Of a stretch of 64,000 bases of DNA, positions 57,482-64,000 are shown one piece after another (positions within the stretch are counted from its first letter, which is position 1; each line of letters opens with the position of its first letter). The DNA lies in NCBI RefSeq assembly GCF_006345805.1, contig NC_043003.1:112468001-112532000 (forward strand), read 5' to 3'. The stretch is from Octopus sinensis (Eukaryota). The position numbers and the translations under genes are program-made. The notes beneath the pieces are model-generated. The model made no database searches and was not told where the DNA came from. It worked only from the letters and a program-made list of their open reading frames with translations.

Positions 57482-57645
57482 TCTTATTTAGATACCAACC
57501 TGACGGTTATCAATTTCCTAGATGTATTCTTAGATCTAAATAAGAATATTTATATACCTTATAGGAAGTCCAACGATAGACTTAGTTATATTAATGTGGG
57601 TTCCTGCCATCCACGTTTAAAAATTTAGTTGAAAACATTAGTTTA
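57482..57645 (+). mobile_element. PLE RT C-terminal fragment
   Basis: LDTNLTVINFLDVFLDLNKNIYIPYRKSNDRLSYINVGSCHP. Confidence 0.75.
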
Positions 57646-57877
57646 AATAGGAAATGTTTAATTACACATGCCAACACCAACACATACAAACACATGCGCA
57701 TACATACACACCTATGCACACATACATACGCACGCACACAAAAACCCAGGACCAAGTCATGTACCAAGGGCTTTCTATTTTCTTTCTAATATATTTATAG
57801 GTTTAGCGAAAGCGCTCACACCCTAGAAAAAGAAAACTTCTCAAAAAAGGTTAGTAACATCCTCATAACAGATTTCA

Positions 57878-58241
57878 TGGATGTTTTCGGTTTGAACGGC
57901 ATTTTTTTTGTAGCGGTGTCATATGAAATAGTCACCCATTATTATGACCCTAGTATCGATCTATTGCATTTCAATGTGGTTTAAGGTTAGGGTTAGTTAG
58001 GGTTAGTTATGGTTAGGGTTAGGGTTAGAGATGTGGGAAGGGTATCTTTTTCCTTCACAAATGTAAATAAACCCAATCTGTTTCTTACGGTACAGAATAT
58101 TTTCACCTCTATAGACGGTCATTGATTGGTTGAAATTGCAGATTTCGAAGAAAAACAACAACAAATATCTTACAAAAAGAAAAAAGTATAAGAAGTTTAA
58201 ATTTTTTTAGTTACCTAGAATTTATGTTAAAAACTGCCGTT
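57878..58241. repeat. Element with internal degenerate (TTAGGG)n and short inverted ends
   Basis: TTAGGG-like tract at ~57981-58030; aacggcattttt versus aaaaactgccgtt. Confidence 0.55.
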
Positions 58242-58256
58242 GTAATGCTTATGGGT

Positions 58257-58294
<38 letters not shown>

Positions 58295-59464
58295 TTACAC
58301 ACACACACACGCACATTCGCAGCCATAAACAAAGGGACATGTAATGCTTATGTGTCTTAACGACAGAGAGATATTGGATTGTACAGTACACGCTATGTGA
58401 AGAACTGGATTTTCAGTTGATTATCCCTCAAATCTCTTGTCCCTGTCATCTCTGACACAACGATCGAGCCACGCAAATGGAAATGCTATAGGCATATAAT
58501 AAATAGTGTTTAACAACGTTGGTTTAACCCCGAATGTAAAAAGTTTTTCTGTGCCACAGCCACCGCTCCTTAAATTTGACCTCCTTAAAACGTCAGTATT
58601 TAAAATACAGCATTTCATGAAACTGCTGACAATCACTGATGCAGATCTTAATCCATTATAGACGAATATGAATAGAAAATTTGACATGGCCATCGACACA
58701 GTTTAGAAAACTGTGTTCATATGTGACTATGTCTTTCTTGTAAAGTTTCTATACGTTTATGTGGATACTCGTCTGTAAGAATTCTACATAAACTCTAGAC
58801 AGAGAAAAATTCATAATTCTTTCCCAAAATCTAAATCTATCGTAACAAGAAATTTAGAGCAAGACACGCCATTATAATATCCATAATATATAACATAAAC
58901 ATTAAAGGCTGATTTATATTCGGGCTACTTTGCCAAACCAACTCGTTAATGCATGCTTTATAAAGTTATAAAAATATTCTGGACAAACATTGAGAAATTT
59001 ATTGCAGTTTGGCATTAGTAGCGGCTTTAATGGAACAACTATTCAATGTTATTGAGATTTAGTTGTCATCTATATAGTGTGATCTTAACTGGTGGGTATT
59101 TAAAAGGCGGGATCTCTAACCAAGAGGAAAATTGGAATGCTTATAAACAGTAACTATGTGCGTGTGTCTATGCGTGTGTGAGGGGGTAGTGTTAGTGGGC
59201 TTTTGCATGTGTAGTATACTGGGAATTAACTCTTAGATAGACAAGTCGTAAATTAACATAAAATTATCTTATTAGATATATCATTATAGATATTTAAATC
59301 GTTGCACAGTTGTTCTTTTTATCTTCAATCAATATTTACATATATGTGTGCGTGTGAGTGTGTGTGAATGTGTGTGTATCTGTCAACAAGTTTGCATTAA
59401 TCTACATTTTTTCAGTTTTCCAAAACAATTAAAACACTTTAGTTGGAGAAAATCTCAAGGATGC

Positions 59465-59540
<76 letters not shown>

Positions 59541-59544
<4 letters not shown>

Positions 59545-59976
59545 AATATTAGGGAATAAATCCAAACTTACAGGGAAAAATCAGATTTAGGATTGAATCC
59601 AATTTTATAGTAAAATATTATATTATATTAAATTAGAGACAAAACCACTATTAGGCAAATCAAACAATGAAAAACTTAAGCCAATACATAAGCTTATATA
59701 ATTAATATTATTTAAATATGTAACAAAATTATTAAAAAAATATAATTAATATCACACACTAATCGTTTCATGGCTGCTAACTTCTTCAAATTTTCGAGTC
59801 ACAGTCATTCATCAGGTGGTTTAAATATTTAGCTTGGCGAGGTTTAAACAATGATATTAATTATATTTTTTTAATAATTTTGTTATATATTTAAATAATA
59901 TTAATTAAATAATCTTATTTATTGGCTTAAGTTTTTCATTGTTTGATTTGCCTAATAGTGGTTTTGTCTCTAATTT

Positions 59977-59980
<4 letters not shown>
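59541..59980. mobile_element. Second fold-back copy of the 32.8-33.4 kb family; HHR 59757-59818 (-)
   Basis: CAC CUGAUGA AUGACUGU..GCAGCCAU GAAA CGAU UA GUG; partial inverted arm ~59852-59980; (TA)n on both sides. Confidence 0.85.
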
Positions 59981-60022
<42 letters not shown>

Positions 60023-60110
60023 GATACAGAAATAATTTATTCTCAAACGCATGATAATACTAATACAATAGCATGAACATGATAAACTATCCATAAAGCA
60101 CAGAAAAAAC

Positions 60111-60184
60111 AGGCCAGTCATGAGACTCGAACGCACATCACTGTGATTACGCGTCAAGTGCTTTACCATTAAGCTAAAATGCTC
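60111..60184 (-). pseudogene. tRNA-like sequence (Thr-CGT-like) between ~78-bp direct repeats
   Basis: TAGCTTAATGGTAAAGC D-arm and GTTCGAGTC T-loop; acceptor stem does not pair. Confidence 0.55.
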
Positions 60185-61601
60185 AGTAACGAATTGTTCT
60201 GCCATTTTAAGATATATAAATTTAACTTTATAAGACGCTAACATTAAATTCAACTTACGATGAAGGTAAACAGAGTTTGCTTTAGAAGCATTGAGATGTA
60301 TTGAAAGATACAGAAATAATTTATTCTCAAACGCATGATACTGCTAATACAGTAGCTTAAACATGATAAACTATCCATGTAGTTTGTCAAAAGTCAAACA
60401 AATTATTTTTCCTGTCAATCTTGTAGGGAAGAACTCAGGTTTTAGGAAGTTATCTGTACGCACATAATTTTTATTGAATATTTTGTCATCTTGTAAAATA
60501 CTTTTCTTCGGAGTGCATTCTCTTCGTCGACAGTGAATAAATAATATTATTAATAATAAACCTTTCTGCTATAGGCTCAAGGCCTAAAATTTGGAGGAGG
60601 AGGAGGAGGCAGAGGAGGAGGAGAGTCCATTACATCGACCCCACTAATTTTTTTTTTTATCAATTCCGAAAGGATAAAAGGCAAAATCGACTTCGGCGGA
60701 AATTTTAGCGCAGAAATACTGCTAAGCATTTTGTTTGACGTGGGAAGAAGAAGAAGAAAAAGAAGACGAAGAAGAAGAAGAAGAAGTAGTAGTAGTAGTA
60801 GTAGAAGAAGAAGAAGAAGAAGAAGAAGAAGAAGAAGAAGAAGAAGAAGAAGAAGAAGAAGAAGAAGAAGAAGAAGAAGAAATTTTAGTACAAGGCCAGC
60901 ATATTTATGAGGAAGGGTATTAATCAATTAGTATTTGGCGAGTCTATTTTTTTTTTATCGATCCCGAAAGTAAAGTTTACTTTGGCTGAATTCGAACTCT
61001 AAAAGGTAATAAACAGTAAGAGATATCGTATGACATTTCCAAACGCTCCAACAAGTCTGCCTGGAAACGAGCACATACACTGTACTTTAGATCATGTCGT
61101 AAGGAATACAATAAAGGTACCAATTATTTATATATGACGAGAGAAAGAGAAAAAAATCTTCATTTATCAGTCATTTTATAATAGTTTTATTACTTTTATA
61201 TTTGTTTATTTTTATTTATATTTATTATTTTATTTGTTATTTATATTTATTTTTATTTATATTCTATTTTTTTTTCAAATTTTTCCCAAGGGAAAGTAGC
61301 ATGTATTAACAGATGGGTGAATTTCCATGATCTACACACCATTGTTAGGGTTTACGCTAGGCTTTAATTTTATGTTGTTCGCTTAGTTGCTTTATATGTT
61401 TTTGCACGTGATTTTATTGCTTTGTTGTTGTTGCTGTTGTTGGTATTGTTGATGTTATTGTTGTTTTACCTTCTTTTTATATAGTTATTTCCTTCATATT
61501 GCACTTGATTAAATGTTGCTAATACGCTAAGCAGATTTTAAATATAGAGTATATATATATATATATATATGTATATATCAACACACATATATATATATAT
61601 A

Positions 61602-61647
<46 letters not shown>

Positions 61648-61650
<3 letters not shown>

Positions 61651-62430
61651 CGTTGGCCAAAAAGTCCGTTCGGATTTTTAAGTGAAAATAAGACAAGTTT
61701 TAAACACAAAGAACTTACTCAATCAATGATACAATTTCCGCTTCGTGCCAGTAATTCTGCAGTCAGATGTAGTCAGATACATTATTCCTTGCTTATAGAA
61801 TTTCCTGTCTTCACAGGCGAAAAATCTCTTCCAGGTGAATTTTTACATCCTTTTCAGGATTAAATTTCTGTCCATTCAATGAAATTCGAGGAGACATCAT
61901 CTGAAGGTGCAAGGTCAAATGAATATGATGGGTACGGTAATAATGCCCATTCAAGCCCCAGTAATATTTGTCTGGTCTTCTAAGATTTATGCGGTACTTT
62001 ATTGTCGTGATGAAAGACAATGCCATTATGATTCGAAAGTGTTAGACACCTTTAGTGAATGGCTGCGTTTAATTTGTCTAGATGGTCACAACACTCATCC
62101 GAATTAATTATCATGTCCATGATTAGAAACCCGTAAAAGACAATATCCTGTTTAAATACTTCTATTTAATGAGAAACTGAACGAATAACTTTTTTCAGGT
62201 AAAGTCCAGTTTGCGGGGTTGTTTCCGGTGGTTCGCTGCACTTTGGCCATGATTCGTTTGCGTTTCACATTATTATAAACGATCCATTTCTCGTCCCCTG
62301 TCGCTATTCTTTTCAAAAAACAAAAGGATAGCTTTTTTTTTCATCTTTCCACAATGAATCACAGAAGGAAATCCATTGGGCAAGATTAGCCTCCTTCAAT
62401 TGACGTGTAGCCCAAACACCGAACCCCCTG
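61648..62430 (-). mobile_element. Decayed mariner, 3' two-thirds
   Basis: TIR ttgcgttggccaaaaagtccg; TGDEKWIVYNNV, HDNKVPH and PYSFDLAPSD on the minus strand. Confidence 0.85.
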
Positions 62431-62714
62431 ACATACGTACATACATACATACATACATACATACATACATACATACATACATACATACATACATACATAC
62501 ATACATGCAGATTGTAAATAGAAAAATAGTGTAAATAGAACTGCATACAGAATGCTTTAATCATATTTTTTAATGTAAATGCAACACCAGATTCAGGGGA
62601 AGCTACCGTTATCCATTGTTGACTGATATTAAGTATTAAGTGCCACAAATTAGGAAATAAAACACGTTAAGTTACCGTAATAATGAAGAACCACATTTTA
62701 CATGCTGGACACCG

Positions 62715-62970
62715 ACCGTTTTTATTTTTAATTTAGAACTTTCAGGTTTCTTTTCGGAACGGGAAAAAGAACACAGGGACGTTTTATTTCCTCTAGTCCG
62801 TAAGATGTGAAAGTATTGGGTTGGCAACTAAGTTCCCACCGTTTTTTTTTTTTAATTTAGAACTTTCAGGTTTCTTTTCGGAACGGGAAAAAGAACACAG
62901 GGACGTTTTATTTCCTCTAGTCCGTAAGATGTGAAAGTATTGGGTTGGCAACTAAGTTCCCACCGTTTTT
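62715..62970. repeat. Exact ~123-bp tandem duplication containing a mariner-like TIR
   Basis: Unit repeated twice; includes tattgggttggcaactaagttccc. Confidence 0.85.
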
Positions 62971-63087
62971 TTTTTTTATTTTGGAATCTATTTTTTCGAG
63001 AATTCTGTATATAGGGTAGCGAATATTCGTTATAAATATCACCACCAGTGGCCCAGCATGTATAAATAGTCAATAGACAACATATTC

Positions 63088-63626
63088 ATATTTTAAAATA
63101 GAAAATTACCCTTTAACAGGTAATTTCTACGTGCTAGAAATAGCAGCCAACATGGCCAAAACCACAATTCAATAGCAAATTTCGAAGTAAATGAACAATG
63201 AAAATCTTTACCCTGTTATTTAACGGTAATCTTATGAATATGTTCTTAGCATTCTCGAAGATTCAGCTCGGCATTGTATTTGTTTCTGACTGTAAATGCG
63301 CCTGTGCACAGTATTTTGAAAAATTATAACATATAATGATGGGACACGTGTTATCTTGTCTCTGAATTATAAGTTAGTTGTTTAGGCCGGTTACTGACGA
63401 GAATTGGCCTGGGAGATAATATGGTCTTGCTACATTATCTATTAAAGGATGGCAAGTAATATTATTTGCGAAGAAATTCGAAACTATGCTATAACTGCTA
63501 AATAACAAGGTAAAGGTTTTTATTTTTCAATTACGTTGAATTTTGCTATTGAATTGTGGTTTTGGCCGTGTTGGCTGCTATTTCAAGCATGTAAAAATTA
63601 CCTGTTAAAGAGTAATTTTCTATTTT

Positions 63627-63632
<6 letters not shown>
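63088..63632 (+). mobile_element. Fold-back HHR element (HHR 63389-63496)
   Basis: GGUUA CUGACGA GAAUU..AAUUC GAAA CUAUGC UA UAACU; arms ~63088-63229 and ~63492-63632; ends in (TA)n. Confidence 0.8.
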
Positions 63633-63673
<41 letters not shown>

Positions 63674-64000
63674 GAAAGAATTGAGTCGAACGAAAATGTT
63701 AACAAAATTCCTTTACTCTCGACATATATATATATGTCGACATATATATGTATATATATACATGCATACATGTGTGTGTGTGCGCACGTGCACTTACACA
63801 AGCCAATCGGTTTCCCTATGTGTGCTGCAGTCGAACAAATGCAAAATATATGAGCAGTAAAAAGTAGATATTTATATATGGAAACATATTGGAAATGTCC
63901 ATTTTTTTTAACCTAACGTATTCCCTTACGGAAAGAAGATTACTTAGACAATTGTATCTCTATACTATGTTAGTGATAATTGGTTGAGACAGCAGAACGT

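Overview
AT-rich, microsatellite-saturated eukaryotic DNA with no host protein-coding exon that I can support. Almost all ORFs in the track are microsatellite read-throughs. The SINE repertoire resembles what I recall from Octopus (coleoid cephalopod) genomes; this is recognition, not a database result. Content: tRNA-derived SINEs, decayed mariner elements and MITEs, non-autonomous Helitrons (one with an in-window empty site), a GC-rich Tx1/L1-type LINE sitting in (GATA)n arrays, RTE and Dong/R4 remnants, and Penelope-like element (PLE) RT/GIY-YIG remnants. The main hidden signal is about 20 minimal type-I hammerhead ribozyme (HHR) motifs from more than 10 unrelated sequence families. Their layout is stem I-CUGANGA-stem II-GAAA-palindromic stem III-UH-stem I', and many are decayed. 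They occur in PLE termini and in short non-coding fold-back or tandem elements, usually next to (TA)n tracts. All structures and coordinates were read by eye and may be off by a few bases. There is a 100-N gap, and irregular microsatellites suggest consensus indel errors.
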